A stretch of 64,000 nucleotides of DNA from Anaerolineales bacterium (GTDB lineage: Bacteria; Chloroflexota; Anaerolineae; Anaerolineales; UBA6663): positions 2,208 to 66,207 of the forward strand of contig DAOUAB010000111.1 in assembly GCA_034434015.1 (NCBI GenBank). The letters run 5' to 3'. Positions 26,692-38,057 of the stretch are shown here, piece after piece (positions within the stretch are counted from its first letter, which is position 1; every line of letters starts with the position of its first letter). The position numbers were made by a program, and so were the translations under genes. The notes beneath the pieces are model-generated. The model saw nothing but the letters and a program-made list of their open reading frames with translations, searched no databases and had not been told where the DNA came from.

Positions 26692-27354
26692 GTGCCCTCA
26701 TCGCGCAGTATCCTGGATCGCGAGTTCGCCGAGATCCGCGATAACCTCCTGCGCATCGGCTACCTGGTGGACGCCGCGATCGAGCGCGCCATGCAGTCGC
26801 TCAACGCCCACGACGCCGGGCTGGCGCGCCAGGTGATCGACGACGACGCCGCGATTAACGAGCTGCGCTTCGCCATCGAAGAGGCCTGCCTGCGCCTGAT
26901 CGCCACCCAGCAGCCGGCCGCCGGCGACCTGCGCACGGCCATGGCGGCGGTGAGCATCGCCACCGACATCGAGCGCATGGCCGACCACGCCACCGGCATC
27001 GCCAAGACGGTGCTGCGCATGGGCGCCGACGCCCCGCCGCGGCCGCTGGTTGACCTGAACCCCATGGCGCAGACCGCCCGGCGCATGTTCCAGGCCGCGC
27101 TGGATGCCTACGTCGCCCGGGACGCGGAGGCCGCCCGGCGCGTGGCGGCCGAGGACGACGAGGTCGACCACATGTACAAGGCGCTGTTCGACGAGCTGAT
27201 CCAGAAGATGGCGCGCGACCCGTCCGTCGTCGCGCACTGCACCTACCTGCTCTGGTGCGGCCACAACCTGGAGCGCATCGGCGACCGGGTGACCAACATC
27301 GCCGAGCGCATCATCTTCATGCTGACGGGCACCCTCAAAGAGCTCAACGTCTAG
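26692..27354 (+). CDS. phoU: Phosphate signalling complex protein PhoU
   Basis: Two PhoU repeats with the E(R)xxDHA/ERIGD motifs (DIERMADHAT, NLERIGDRVTNIAE). GTG start. Confidence 0.88.
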   Translation: MPSSRSILDREFAEIRDNLLRIGYLVDAAIERAMQSLNAHDAGLARQVIDDDAAINELRFAIEEACLRLIATQQPAAGDLRTAMAAVSIATDIERMADHATGIAKTVLRMGADAPPRPLVDLNPMAQTARRMFQAALDAYVARDAEAARRVAAEDDEVDHMYKALFDELIQKMARDPSVVAHCTYLLWCGHNLERIGDRVTNIAERIIFMLTGTLKELNV

Positions 27355-27962
27355 AACAGGCTCAACTGCTCGGCCGGCGGCTCGTCGTCCGCGGCCGGGG
27401 CCTGGCCGGCGCCGGCGATGAGCGCCGGCAGTTTCTTAAAGTCCTCGATCAGCGGGTCCCTGAATTTGGGCTGGTGCAGGGCGGCGGCCGGATGGAACAT
27501 CGCCACCACCCGCCGGCCGTTCACCAGGCGCGCCTGGCCGTGCAGGTCCGAGATCTTGGCGTTGGGGAAGAAACGCGCCATGGAGAAGCGCCCCAAGGTG
27601 ACGATGACTTTGGGGTTGAGGGCCGCGATCTGGCGGTCCAGGTAATCGCCGCACGCCGCCAGTTCGTCCGGCTGGGGATCCCGGTTGCCGGGAGGCCGGC
27701 ACTTGACGACGTTCGTGATGAACACGGCCTCGCGCGGCAGGCCGATCAGCGCCAGCAGTTCCTCCAGAAACTTGCCGGCCGCGCCCACAAACGGGCGTCC
27801 CTGCTGGTCTTCATGGAAGCCGGGCCCCTCGCCGATGAACAGGAGCTGCGCGTCCGCCGGCCCTTCGCCCGGCACCGTCCGGTTGCGGCTCTGGTGCAGG
27901 GGGCAGCGCGTGCAGGCGGCGATTTCGGCGGCGACGGCGTCCAGGCTTTCTTGGGGGGTCAT
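27351..27962 (-). CDS. Uracil-DNA glycosylase, family 4
   Basis: CTRCPLHQSRNRTVPGEG...LLFIGEGPG and HPAA motifs. Confidence 0.88.
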   Translation of the reverse strand: MTPQESLDAVAAEIAACTRCPLHQSRNRTVPGEGPADAQLLFIGEGPGFHEDQQGRPFVGAAGKFLEELLALIGLPREAVFITNVVKCRPPGNRDPQPDELAACGDYLDRQIAALNPKVIVTLGRFSMARFFPNAKISDLHGQARLVNGRRVVAMFHPAAALHQPKFRDPLIEDFKKLPALIAGAGQAPAADDEPPAEQLSLF

Positions 27963-27977
27963 CGTCCCTCCGGCGGG

Positions 27978-28490
27978 TCAGAAATGCACGGTCATCAGCA
28001 GGGCGTCCTCGCCGTCGCGGTAGTAGCGCGGGCGGCGGCCGACCTCTTGAAAGTGATGCTTCGCGTACAGGCGCCGCGCGGCGAGGTTGCTGACCCGCAC
28101 CTCCAGGGTCGCCAGCTGAGCGCCCTTCTCGCGCGCCCAGCGCAGCAGCTCCAGCAGCAATTGCTCGCCGATGCCGCGCCCGCGCCAGTCCGGGTGGACG
28201 GCCAGGGTGTTGATATGGGCCTCGTCCACCACCAGCCACAATCCGGCGTACCCGACGACGCGCCGGTGGGCGCGGCGGCCCAGCAGGCGCGTCAGCCAGT
28301 GAGCCGGCCCTGGTTCGGCCGGGTCCGGGTCCAGGGCCACAATAAAGTGCGCCTGCTCGTTCTGCTGCAGCTCAAAGCGGTAAGACTGCTCCGACCAGGG
28401 CTGGGGGAAGGAGAGCTGATCGATGGCGATGACCTGGGGGATATCGTCCAGCGTCATCGGCGCGAGGCGGGCTGCGGCGGCGACGGTCAT
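27978..28490 (-). CDS. rimI: Ribosomal-protein-alanine N-acetyltransferase (GNAT)
   Basis: ATG overlaps the tsaB stop (ATGA); an alternative start is at 28457. GNAT core HPDWRGRGIGEQLL. Confidence 0.8.
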   Translation of the reverse strand: MTVAAAARLAPMTLDDIPQVIAIDQLSFPQPWSEQSYRFELQQNEQAHFIVALDPDPAEPGPAHWLTRLLGRRAHRRVVGYAGLWLVVDEAHINTLAVHPDWRGRGIGEQLLLELLRWAREKGAQLATLEVRVSNLAARRLYAKHHFQEVGRRPRYYRDGEDALLMTVHF

Positions 28491-29155
28491 GCCGCCAATC
28501 CTTCCGGCCGCCCGGGGTAGAGCGGCGCGAGCGTCGCCGGGTCGTCCATCTGCCGGCGCTGCAGGCGTTCCCAGCCGATCTCGGCCAGGAAGCCGGCGCG
28601 CCGCAGGGAGAGCGCGGGCGAGGCGAAGGTGGCGCGGCCTTTCAGGGCGCGGAGCTGTTCCGGGGTAGCCGTGTCCCACTCGCCGCACAGGTGGAGGGGC
28701 CCGCGCGCTGTGGTCGCCAGCGTCGCCCAATCCATGATCTCGGCCGGGCCGTCCGCGGCCCACGTCTGACCGTCCCAGCCAAAGCGGGCCGCGATCACGC
28801 GGCCGCGCCCGGCCGGCAACACGGCGACCACCCGCCCCGGGCGCGGCGGTTGAGCGCGCAGGAGGCTTTCAAAGGTGGGCACGCCGGCCAGCGGGAGCGT
28901 GTGGGCGAAGGCCAGGCCCTTGGCCAGCCCCAAGCCGATGCGCAGGCCGGTGTACGATCCGGGGCCGATCGCCACAGCCAGACCGGCCAGCGCGCCCGGT
29001 TCGACGCCGGCCCGGCGCAGCATCAGGGCCGTCTGGGGCGCCAGTTCGACCGTGTGGTAATTGGCCGTGCGCCAGGAGTGCTCGGCCAGCACGCGTTGTC
29101 CATCATAGAGCGCCAGCGAGATCTGGCGGGTGGCGGTGTCGATGGCGAGGAGCAT
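28487..29155 (-). CDS. tsaB: tRNA t6A biosynthesis protein TsaB
   Basis: MLLAIDTATRQISLAL and GPGSYTGLRIG motifs. Confidence 0.85.
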   Translation of the reverse strand: MLLAIDTATRQISLALYDGQRVLAEHSWRTANYHTVELAPQTALMLRRAGVEPGALAGLAVAIGPGSYTGLRIGLGLAKGLAFAHTLPLAGVPTFESLLRAQPPRPGRVVAVLPAGRGRVIAARFGWDGQTWAADGPAEIMDWATLATTARGPLHLCGEWDTATPEQLRALKGRATFASPALSLRRAGFLAEIGWERLQRRQMDDPATLAPLYPGRPEGLAA

Positions 29156-29206
29156 GGGGACCGGTGGCAGACGGCAGATAAACCGACAACAGACGGCGAT
29201 GGGCGC

Positions 29207-29701
29207 TCAGCCGAAGGCGGCGTGGCGGAATTCCTGGAGCAGGGTTTCGTAGCGCGGACCGACCGCCTCCATGCGGAAGCCGCGTTTCTCGGCGTCCACC
29301 CAGCGCAGTGTGAGGTTCAGGCGCTCCGGCGGCAGCACCTCCAGGATATGCTCGGGCCACTCGATCATCACCACGCCGCCGGCGTCGAGCAGGTCCTCGA
29401 AACCGAACGCCAGGGCCTCGGCGCCGGAGCGCAGCCGGTAGCAATCCAGGTGCCACAACCGCTGTCCGTCGGCCCGGTGGTACTCGTTGACGAGCACAAA
29501 CGTCGGGCTGGTGACGGACTCCAGAGCGCCCCAGCCGCGGCCCAGGCCGGCGGCGAAGGTGGTCTTGCCGCTGCCGAGCTCGCCGCTCAGGCAGACCACG
29601 TCGCCGGGCGCCAGGCGTTCGCCGAGCCGCACGCCGAGCCGCACGGTCTGTTCGGGCGCGTGGCTGATGAAATCCAGGGAGCGCTCATCGAGAATCGGCA
29701 C
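29207..29701 (-). CDS. tsaE: tRNA t6A biosynthesis ATPase TsaE
   Basis: LSGELGSGKTTFAAGL Walker A, SPTF and HLDCYRL motifs. Confidence 0.88.
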   Translation of the reverse strand: MPILDERSLDFISHAPEQTVRLGVRLGERLAPGDVVCLSGELGSGKTTFAAGLGRGWGALESVTSPTFVLVNEYHRADGQRLWHLDCYRLRSGAEALAFGFEDLLDAGGVVMIEWPEHILEVLPPERLNLTLRWVDAEKRGFRMEAVGPRYETLLQEFRHAAFG

Positions 29702-29823
29702 AGTCTTGTCTATCGCGCGCGCGCCGCCCGCGGCGCGCCGAAATTATACGTCCCGCCCGAAGGGGCCACAAGTGAACGCATGCCGGCCCGGCCTATTTCA
29801 TGCTATCATGGGGCCGAGCCTCT

Positions 29824-30561
29824 ATGCGCGTCCTGGTCATCTCCGATATCCATGCCAACCTGGTCGCTCTGGAAGCCGTGCTGGCCGACGCCGCCGGCGC
29901 CGCCTATGAGGCCGTCTGGTGCCTGGGCGACCTGGTGGGCTACGGCCCGCAGCCGAACGAATGCATCGAGCGCGTTCGAGCGCTGGACCGCCTGGTCTGC
30001 CTGGTGGGCAACCACGACAAGGCCGTGCTGGGCGAGCTGGACATCAACGCCTTCAATCACGACGCGCGCGCCGCTATCCTGTGGACGCGGGAAACCCTGA
30101 CGCCCGCGAACCGCGCCTACCTGCAGTCGCTCATGCCCCTGCACACGGTGGGCGACTTCACCCTGGCGCACGCCTCGCCCCGCCAGCCGATCTGGGAGTA
30201 CATCCTCAACCGTTACATCGCCCGCGACAATTTCCCCTATTTCAGCACCCCGTACTGCCTGGTCGGGCACACCCATGTCCCGGCCGTCTACGTGGCGCCC
30301 GGCCCGGACGGCGAATGCGGCGAGCTGCCGCCGGACTACGAGCATGTCTTCCGCCTCGACGGGCAGCGGCTGATCATCAACCCGGGCAGCGTCGGCCAGC
30401 CGCGCGACAGCATCCCCGACGCCGCCTACGCCTTCCTCGACACGGACGCCCGGGCCTGGGAGTACCGCCGCGTCCCGTACGACGTGGCCGCCACCCAGCG
30501 CCAGATGCGGGCCGCCAACTTTCCCGAACGGCTGATCATCCGCATCGCCTACGGCTGGTGA
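29824..30561 (+). CDS. Metallophosphoesterase (calcineurin-like)
   Basis: Start at MRVLVISDIHAN. GDLVGYG, GNHD and GHTH motifs. Confidence 0.8.
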   Translation: MRVLVISDIHANLVALEAVLADAAGAAYEAVWCLGDLVGYGPQPNECIERVRALDRLVCLVGNHDKAVLGELDINAFNHDARAAILWTRETLTPANRAYLQSLMPLHTVGDFTLAHASPRQPIWEYILNRYIARDNFPYFSTPYCLVGHTHVPAVYVAPGPDGECGELPPDYEHVFRLDGQRLIINPGSVGQPRDSIPDAAYAFLDTDARAWEYRRVPYDVAATQRQMRAANFPERLIIRIAYGW

Positions 30562-30664
30562 CCCGGGCGGCCGAGGCGTGGGCGCGTCCGGCCGGGAACT
30601 TTACCAACGGCCGGGGCGTCAGTTGAGTAAGGCACTTAAGACCACCTCGGAGGAGGGAGCCAGC

Positions 30665-31609
30665 ATGTTGAGGAAAACTTCGCTGTGGATCGTCCTGCTC
30701 GCTTTGGCGTTAGGCGCCTGCGCCCCCGCCGCGGCGCCGGCGCCGGAACCGGGCATGTTCGACCGCGGGGCCGAAGCTCAGTCCGGCTTCGGCGGATCGG
30801 CCGCGCCCGAAGCGGAGGCATTCTACGCGGCGCGTGACGCGGTGGCGCCGGCGGCCGCCCCGCTGGCCGGCAGCCCGGCCTCGGCCGGCGTCGACCGGCT
30901 GGTGATCAAGAACGTCAGCCTGTCGCTGGTCGTCAAAGACCCGGCGGCGGCGGCGGACGCCGTGACGGCCCTGGCCGAGGGCCTGGGCGGGTTCGTGGTG
31001 AGCTCTAACGTCTACCAGGCCTCCGTGGACGCCGCCGGCAACAAGATTATGCAGGCCAACGTCTCCATCCGCGTCCCGGTCGAGCGCCTGAACGAGGCGC
31101 TGGCGCAGTTGAAGGCCCTGTCGGTCACCGGCAAGGCCGAGAGCGAGAACGTCTCCGGCGAGGATGTGACGGCCCAATACACCGACCTGGAGAGCCAGTT
31201 GCGCAACCTCGAGGCGGCCGAGGCTCAACTGCAGGAGATCATGACCGGCGCCAGGCGGACCGAGGACGTGCTCGCCGTCTACAATCAGCTGGTCTCCGTC
31301 CGCGGCCAGATCGAACAGGTGAAAGGCCAGATGAAGTATTACCGCGAGTCGGCGGCCATGTCGCTGATCAGCGTCAGCCTGCTGCCGGACGCGCTCAGCC
31401 AGCCGATCGAGGTCGGCGGGTGGAAGGCCGAGGGCGTGGCCAAGGAAGCGCTGGAGGCGCTGCTGCGCGCCTTCCAGGGCATCGCCGGCGCCCTGATCTG
31501 GCTCGGGATTTTCGTCCTGCCGCTGGGGCTGCTGTTCGGGGTGCCGCTGTGGCTGATCGGGCGCGCGGCGCTGCGCCGGGCGCGCAAGCCGAAGACGACC
31601 ACGGCCTGA
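30665..31609 (+). CDS. DUF4349-family lipoprotein with C-terminal TM helices
   Basis: GGAGGAGGGAG Shine-Dalgarno. Lipobox LALALGAC. Central coiled region and two C-terminal TM segments. Confidence 0.7.
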   Translation: MLRKTSLWIVLLALALGACAPAAAPAPEPGMFDRGAEAQSGFGGSAAPEAEAFYAARDAVAPAAAPLAGSPASAGVDRLVIKNVSLSLVVKDPAAAADAVTALAEGLGGFVVSSNVYQASVDAAGNKIMQANVSIRVPVERLNEALAQLKALSVTGKAESENVSGEDVTAQYTDLESQLRNLEAAEAQLQEIMTGARRTEDVLAVYNQLVSVRGQIEQVKGQMKYYRESAAMSLISVSLLPDALSQPIEVGGWKAEGVAKEALEALLRAFQGIAGALIWLGIFVLPLGLLFGVPLWLIGRAALRRARKPKTTTA

Positions 31610-31712
31610 TCCCGTCGCCAAGACGGGTCTCCTGAGGCATGTGCGGGGCGCGGTGTCGGCCGGCCCCGCACGGCGTTTAAGCGGACCGGGCCGCCGCCCG
31701 GCGCGGCCGTGA

Positions 31713-32474
<762 letters not shown>

Positions 32475-32487
32475 CCCGGCCGGCCGG

Positions 32488-33678
32488 TCAGCGCGCGCCC
32501 ACGCCCAGGGCGGCCTCCAGCCGCTGACTGATGGCGGACATGACGTAGCAGAAGAGGCCGTAAATCAGGGCCAGAAATAGGTAGACCTCGATCTGGCGCC
32601 CCAGGAACTGCGGCTGGGCCAGGACGGTCTTGGCGATGCCCATCAGGTCCAGCAGGCCGACGATGACGACCAGCGACGTATCCTTGAATAGCGCGATAAA
32701 CTGGCCGACCAGGATCGGGATGACGGCGCGCAGGGCCTGGGGCAGGATGATCAGGCCCATCGTCTGGGCGCCGTTGAGGCCCAGGGCGCGGGCCGCCTCG
32801 GTCTGACCGCGCGGGATAGCCTGCAGGCCGCCGCGCACGTTCTCGGCCATGTAGGCGGCGCTGAACAGCACCACGCCCACCATGGCGCGCACCACCCGGT
32901 CCACGGTGACATTCGGCGGCAGGAACAGCGGCAGCATGAGCTGTGACATGAACAACACGCTGATGAAAGGCACGCCGCGCACCAGCTCGATGAACGTGAC
33001 GCAGGCCGCCCGGATGATGGGCAGGCCCGACTGCCGGCCCAACGCCAGCAACACGCCGAGCGGGAACGAGAACACGATGCCCACCACCGTGAGCAGCGCC
33101 GTCAACAGCAGGCCGCCCCACAGGTTGCTGGGCACCACCGTCAGGAAAGTCCCGCCCAGGCCGCGGATGATCACGAGGATGAGGGGGAAATACGCGATCC
33201 AGGCGACGACGGCGATCCGCCGCAGGCCCGGCGGCCCCCAGCGGCCCAGCGCATAGCTGAGCAGGCCGGCCAGGCCCGCCCCGCCGAGCGCGAGGCGGCT
33301 TTGCGCGCCAATCGGCAGCAGCGCCAGGGCGAAGGGCAGGACCGCCAGCAGGACGCCCAGCCCCCGCCGTCCGCGCACCCACACTCCCCAGGTCAAGCCG
33401 ACCAGGGCCGCGGCCAGGCCCAGGCACAGCCAGACGCGCCAGAGCTCGTCGCGCGGGTATTGGCCGACCATGAAAAGCTGCAGGTTGGCGGCCACCACGG
33501 CCCACTCGGCCTGCGTGAAGGCCCAGGCCAGCAGCGGGCGGGCCGCGGCGACGATCAACCCGGCCGCCGCGAACGTGAGCAGCGCGTTGTACCAGGTGCT
33601 GAACAGGTTCCGGCGCAGCCAGCCGAGCAGCGTGTAGCGCTCGGTGGGCGGCGGCAGGACGACGGCCTGAGGTGTCAT
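32488..33678 (-). CDS. Amino-acid ABC transporter permease (AapM-like)
   Basis: Polytopic. EAA-type loop [16 protein letters not shown]...ILPQALR. Confidence 0.85.
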   Translation of the reverse strand: MTPQAVVLPPPTERYTLLGWLRRNLFSTWYNALLTFAAAGLIVAAARPLLAWAFTQAEWAVVAANLQLFMVGQYPRDELWRVWLCLGLAAALVGLTWGVWVRGRRGLGVLLAVLPFALALLPIGAQSRLALGGAGLAGLLSYALGRWGPPGLRRIAVVAWIAYFPLILVIIRGLGGTFLTVVPSNLWGGLLLTALLTVVGIVFSFPLGVLLALGRQSGLPIIRAACVTFIELVRGVPFISVLFMSQLMLPLFLPPNVTVDRVVRAMVGVVLFSAAYMAENVRGGLQAIPRGQTEAARALGLNGAQTMGLIILPQALRAVIPILVGQFIALFKDTSLVVIVGLLDLMGIAKTVLAQPQFLGRQIEVYLFLALIYGLFCYVMSAISQRLEAALGVGAR

Positions 33679-34865
33679 CGCTCCACCAGCCGCACGCGGC
33701 GGTTGTACGCGTTCATAATCAGCGCGGTCAGCAGGCTCACGGCCAGGTACAGACTCATCACCACCGCGATCATCTCCACCGAGCGGCCCGTCTGGTTGAC
33801 GATGGTGGACGAGATCGAGAACAGGTCCGGGTAGGCGATGGCGGCTGCCAGGGTCGAGTTCTTGGTCAGGTTAAGGTATTGGCTGGTGAGCGGCGGGATG
33901 ATGACGCGCAGCGCCTGCGGCAGGATGACCAGGCGCAGAGTCTGCGCGCCGGTCAGCCCCAGCGCGCGCGCCGCCTCGGTCTGGCCGTGTGAGACGGCCT
34001 GGATGCCGGCGCGGACCACCTCGCCGATGAAGGCGGCCGTGTAGATCACCAGGCCCAGCAGCAGGGCCATGAATTCCGGCGAGAGCACCCGGCCGCCGCG
34101 GAAGTTGAGGCCCTGGATGGCGGGCCGGTCCAGCGTGAGGGGCGGCTGCGGCAGCAGGAACCACCCGGCCAGCGCGGCCAGCAGGAAGACCAGCAGCCCC
34201 GCCGCGAGCGTGGGCTGCGGGCGGCCGCTGCGCCGGGCGCGGACGGCCAGGCCCAGGCCGGTGAGGACGGCCAGGACGAGGCCCGCCGCCAGGACGGCCA
34301 GGTAGGCAGTGAAGGTGTCGGTCGGGATTCCCCACGGCAGCGCTACGCCGCGGTTGCTCAGGAAGATGGAGCCGGGCAGGGCCAGCGCTTCCCGGGCGCG
34401 CGGGAGTTTGAGGAAGATGCCCTGGTAGATGAAGACCAGCAGCACCAGCAGCGGGATGTTGCGCATGGCCTCGATGAACAGCCAGGCCAGGCGGTTGACC
34501 AGCACATTGGCCGAGAGGCGGGCCACGCCCACCAGCAGGCCGAGCAGGGTGGACAGGACAATGCCGAGCGCGCACACCAGCAGGGTGTTGAGCAGGCCCA
34601 CCAGTAGCGCGCGGCCGAACGAGTCCGCGATGGTGTAACGGATCAGGGTCTCGCCGATGTCGAAGCCGGCGGCGTTGTCCAGGAAGTCGAAGCCGAGGGC
34701 GATGCCCTGCCGGCGCAGGGCGGCCAGCATGTTGCCGATGAGCAGGTAGCCGACCCAGGCGATGAGCGCCAGGAACAGCAACTGCGACGCAGCCTGGATC
34801 ACGCGCTCGTCGCGCCAGAAGGAGCGCAGCGGCGCGGGGCGGGCCGGAGGCGATTCGGTCGCCAT
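33675..34865 (-). CDS. Amino-acid ABC transporter permease (AapQ-like)
   Basis: Start at [33 protein letters not shown] loop. The stop overlaps the downstream start. Confidence 0.85.
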   Translation of the reverse strand: MATESPPARPAPLRSFWRDERVIQAASQLLFLALIAWVGYLLIGNMLAALRRQGIALGFDFLDNAAGFDIGETLIRYTIADSFGRALLVGLLNTLLVCALGIVLSTLLGLLVGVARLSANVLVNRLAWLFIEAMRNIPLLVLLVFIYQGIFLKLPRAREALALPGSIFLSNRGVALPWGIPTDTFTAYLAVLAAGLVLAVLTGLGLAVRARRSGRPQPTLAAGLLVFLLAALAGWFLLPQPPLTLDRPAIQGLNFRGGRVLSPEFMALLLGLVIYTAAFIGEVVRAGIQAVSHGQTEAARALGLTGAQTLRLVILPQALRVIIPPLTSQYLNLTKNSTLAAAIAYPDLFSISSTIVNQTGRSVEMIAVVMSLYLAVSLLTALIMNAYNRRVRLVER

Positions 34866-34915
34866 GGGGCAGGGCAGGGACGACCCGCCGGGCCGTCCCT
34901 GCCTGAAGGGTCGCT

Positions 34916-36064
34916 TTACCGGAAGGGCGGCGAATACAGCAGGCCGCCGTTGGTGTACAGGTTGTTGATCCCGCGCGGGATGGCGGTGAGCGTCCCCGGG
35001 CCCAGGTTGCGGTCGTAGATCTCGGCGTAATTGCCGACGGCCCTGATCACGTTCACGGCCCAATCCTTGCTCAGGCCAAGCTTGGCGCCCAGGTCGGTGT
35101 TCTCGTCCGCGCCCAGCAGGCGCCGGACCTCGGGCCGCGTGTCGCTGGCGACCGCGCTGTCCACGTTCCCGGAGGTGATCCCGAATTCCTCGGCCGCGAA
35201 GGTGGCGAACACCGTCCATTGCACGATGTCGAACCACTGGTCGTCGCCCTGACGCACCATCGGACCGAGCGGCTCCTTGGAGAGGGTCACATCCATGATG
35301 ACGTGCTGGTCCGGGTCGGGCAGCACCGAGCGGCGCGAGACCAGGCCGGACTTGTCTGTGGTCACGGCGTCGCAGCGGCCCTCGGCATAGGCCGCGAAGG
35401 TGCCGTTGGCGTCCTCGAACACGGCCGGCGTGTAGCTGATGCCGCGGGCGGCCATCTGGTCTGCCAGATTCAGTTCGGTGGTGGTGCCGCGCTGCACGCA
35501 GATCGTGCCGCCGTCCAGGTCCTCCAGCGTGACGGCGCCCAGGCTGGCGGGCACCATCATGCCCTGGCCGTCATAGAACGTGGTGGCCACGAAGTTGCCG
35601 CCGTTGTCGGTGTCGCGCACGAGGGTCCAGGTGGTGTTGCGGATCAGGACGTCGATCTCGCCGGACTGCAGGGCCGGGAAGCGCTGCTCGGCAGTCACCG
35701 GGCGGTACTCGATCTTGCTGACGTCGTTGAAGATGGCGGCGGCCAGCGCCTTGCAGTAATCCACGTCGAAGCCGGTGTAGTTGCCGGCCGAGTCCACGAA
35801 GCCGAAGCCCGGGACCTGGTTGTTGACGCCGCAGATCAGCGTGCCGCGGTCGCGGACCCGCTTCAGGGTCTCGCCGAAGCCGACCCCCTGGGGGAGCGGG
35901 ACTGCCGTCGGCGGAGGCGTCGTCGGGCCGCCCTCCACCGGGACCTCCACGAGGCGGGTCACTTCCACGACGCGGGTGACTTCCACAGTCTGGGGGGTCT
36001 GGTTGGCGCAGGCGGCCAGGGCCAACGCGGCGGCCAGCAGAATGATGGCAAGCTTACGGGACAT
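34916..36064 (-). CDS. Amino-acid ABC transporter substrate-binding lipoprotein (AapJ-like)
   Basis: Lipobox LALAAC. Family-3 solute-binding protein (SBP) fold sequence. First gene of the operon. Confidence 0.85.
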   Translation of the reverse strand: MSRKLAIILLAAALALAACANQTPQTVEVTRVVEVTRLVEVPVEGGPTTPPPTAVPLPQGVGFGETLKRVRDRGTLICGVNNQVPGFGFVDSAGNYTGFDVDYCKALAAAIFNDVSKIEYRPVTAEQRFPALQSGEIDVLIRNTTWTLVRDTDNGGNFVATTFYDGQGMMVPASLGAVTLEDLDGGTICVQRGTTTELNLADQMAARGISYTPAVFEDANGTFAAYAEGRCDAVTTDKSGLVSRRSVLPDPDQHVIMDVTLSKEPLGPMVRQGDDQWFDIVQWTVFATFAAEEFGITSGNVDSAVASDTRPEVRRLLGADENTDLGAKLGLSKDWAVNVIRAVGNYAEIYDRNLGPGTLTAIPRGINNLYTNGGLLYSPPFR

Positions 36065-36195
36065 CGGTTCTCCTCCTGTGGCGTGATAGGGGGCAACAGT
36101 GGCGTGGACGGTTCGAGCGATCAGGCCTGTTGGTGGGCGACCTCTCCTCTCTGCCGAAGCCGATACGAATTAGCTGATTTGTCCGAGTGGGGCGT

Positions 36196-36223
36196 ATTAT
36201 AGGGGATTGAGGGGAAATGACAA
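36196..36223 (-). promoter_or_regulatory. Sigma70-type promoter candidate TTGTCA-16 nt-TATAAT for the amino-acid ABC operon
   Basis: Read on the minus strand, about 130 nt upstream of the SBP ATG. Confidence 0.5.
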
Positions 36224-36232
36224 TGCGGACGG

Positions 36233-37018
36233 CTAGGCCGATGGCGGCCCGCCGATGGCGGCCCCGCCAATGGCGGCCCGCACCTGCCGCGCCAGCGCGC
36301 CGAACTCGGGGCTGTGCTCCATCTCCAGATGGCGCGGGCGCGGCAGCGGCACGTCGAGCGCCAGCTTCACGCGGCCGGGGCGCGGGGTGAGGACCAGCAC
36401 ACGGTCGGCCAGCAGCAGCGCCTCGGCGATGGCGTGCGTGACCATGACGACCGTCGTCTTGCGCGCCTCCCAGATGCGCAGCAGTTCGGCGCTCAGCCGC
36501 TCGCGCGTCAGGGCGTCCAGCGCCCCGAACGGCTCATCCAGCAGCAGCACAGCCGGCGCCTGGATGAGCGCGCGCGCGATAGCCACCCGCTGCTCCATGC
36601 CTCCCGAGAGGTCGCCTGGCAGGCTGCTCTCGAAACCGGACAGGCCGACCAGCTCGACCAGGGCCAGGGCGCGCGCCCGGGCCTCGTCCGCCGGCGCGCC
36701 GTGTAATTCCAGCGGCAGCATGATGTTGGCCAGCACCGACCGCCAGGGCATCAGGTTGGCTTTCTGGAACACCAGGCCGATGTCGCGGCGCGGGCCGTCC
36801 AGGGGCTGGCCGCCCAGCAGCACCCGGCCGGCCGTGGGCCGCAGCAGGCCGGCCAGCAGCTTGAGCAGCGTGCTTTTGCCGCAGCCGGAGGGGCCGACCA
36901 CGCACACGAACTCCTGCGGGCAGACGGACAGGTTGACCTGTTCCAGCGCCTGGAGGCCGCCGTCGGCGTTGGGGTAAACGTACGCGAGGTGTTCGGCGAT
37001 GAGCAGCGGCGCGGACAC
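36233..37018 (-). CDS. ABC transporter ATP-binding protein (NitT/TauT family)
   Basis: GTG start overlaps the upstream TAG by 1 nt. [24 protein letters not shown] and [11 protein letters not shown] motifs. Confidence 0.85.
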   Translation of the reverse strand: MSAPLLIAEHLAYVYPNADGGLQALEQVNLSVCPQEFVCVVGPSGCGKSTLLKLLAGLLRPTAGRVLLGGQPLDGPRRDIGLVFQKANLMPWRSVLANIMLPLELHGAPADEARARALALVELVGLSGFESSLPGDLSGGMEQRVAIARALIQAPAVLLLDEPFGALDALTRERLSAELLRIWEARKTTVVMVTHAIAEALLLADRVLVLTPRPGRVKLALDVPLPRPRHLEMEHSPEFGALARQVRAAIGGAAIGGPPSA

Positions 37019-37998
37019 TAGGGCACGAACTCGTTCGTGAAGGCCTGGCTCAGGTCGAGGGGGTGCGCCAGCAGGCCGGCGTCCAGCAGCGTGGTCTGCA
37101 TATTTTCCCAGGCGGCGGCCTGCGTCAGCCCGATCCGGTCCGCCCGCCACAGGTCCAGCGTCGCGGCCAGCACCTGCTTCTCCACGGCGTCGTCTTTCAA
37201 CGCCTCGACGTACTTTTTGGAAATGGCGTAGGCCTGCTCCGGGTCCGCCAGCGCGGCCTGGACGCCGCGCGTCATGGCGCGCACGAAGCGCCGGACGAGA
37301 TCGGGCTCCCGGGCCACGGTGGCTTCATTGGTCAGGACGCCGTTGGCGGCCAGGGTAGCGTAGTCGCTCACCTGGATCACCGAGAGTTGCTGGCCCTGGG
37401 CGGCCAGCCGGATCGGCTCGTTGTTGGAGTACACCACGGCCGCGTCTACCTGCCCGGCCTCCAGGGCCGCGACCTGCTGGAAGCCGACGACTTCGAGCGT
37501 CACGTCCTCGGGCGACAGGCCGGCCGCCTCCAGCAGGGCCAGCAGCCCGATGTAACTGGCGCCCTCCAGGACCGGCACGCCGATTTTCTTGCCGCGCAGG
37601 TCGGACGGCGCGGCGATGCCGGCGCTGGCCCTGGCCACCACCGCCACCGGGAACTTCTGGAACCAGGCCATGACGTAGACGACGGGCAGCTCCTGGGCGC
37701 GCGCCAGGAGCACCTGCTCGCCCGAGACGAGCGCGAACGGCAGCTCGCCTGCGCCGACGAGCTGCACGCCGTTGGTCTCAAACGAATAGTCGAACTCGAT
37801 CTGCAGGCCCTCCTCGGCGAAATAGCCCTGATCGGCCGCGACGTACAGGCTGGCGTATTGCACGCTGGGGATGTAACCCATCGGCAGGCGGATCTGGCGC
37901 AGCGCGGCGGGGGCCGTCGGCGAGGCCGGCGCGGCGACGGGGGCGCAGGCCGTCAGCCAGAAGAGCACAGCGAAACTCAGGCGCAAGAGACGGGACAT
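37018..37998 (-). CDS. ABC transporter substrate-binding protein, NMT1/THI5 (ThiY/SsuA)-like
   Basis: Start at MSRLLRLSFAVLFWLTAC (signal/lipobox). Periplasmic-binding fold typical of the NitT/TauT family. Confidence 0.75.
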   Translation of the reverse strand: MSRLLRLSFAVLFWLTACAPVAAPASPTAPAALRQIRLPMGYIPSVQYASLYVAADQGYFAEEGLQIEFDYSFETNGVQLVGAGELPFALVSGEQVLLARAQELPVVYVMAWFQKFPVAVVARASAGIAAPSDLRGKKIGVPVLEGASYIGLLALLEAAGLSPEDVTLEVVGFQQVAALEAGQVDAAVVYSNNEPIRLAAQGQQLSVIQVSDYATLAANGVLTNEATVAREPDLVRRFVRAMTRGVQAALADPEQAYAISKKYVEALKDDAVEKQVLAATLDLWRADRIGLTQAAAWENMQTTLLDAGLLAHPLDLSQAFTNEFVP

Positions 37999-38057
37999 GG
38001 CAACTCCACAACGATCAAGGCGGAGAGACGGATGACGGCCCACGGCCCACCCAGCCC

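Noticed and set aside
26692-27354. phoU without adjacent pstSCAB as a sign of a disrupted operon
   Set aside because: The gene is intact with both PhoU repeats. Stand-alone phoU paralogues are common, and there is no evidence of truncation or pseudogenisation.
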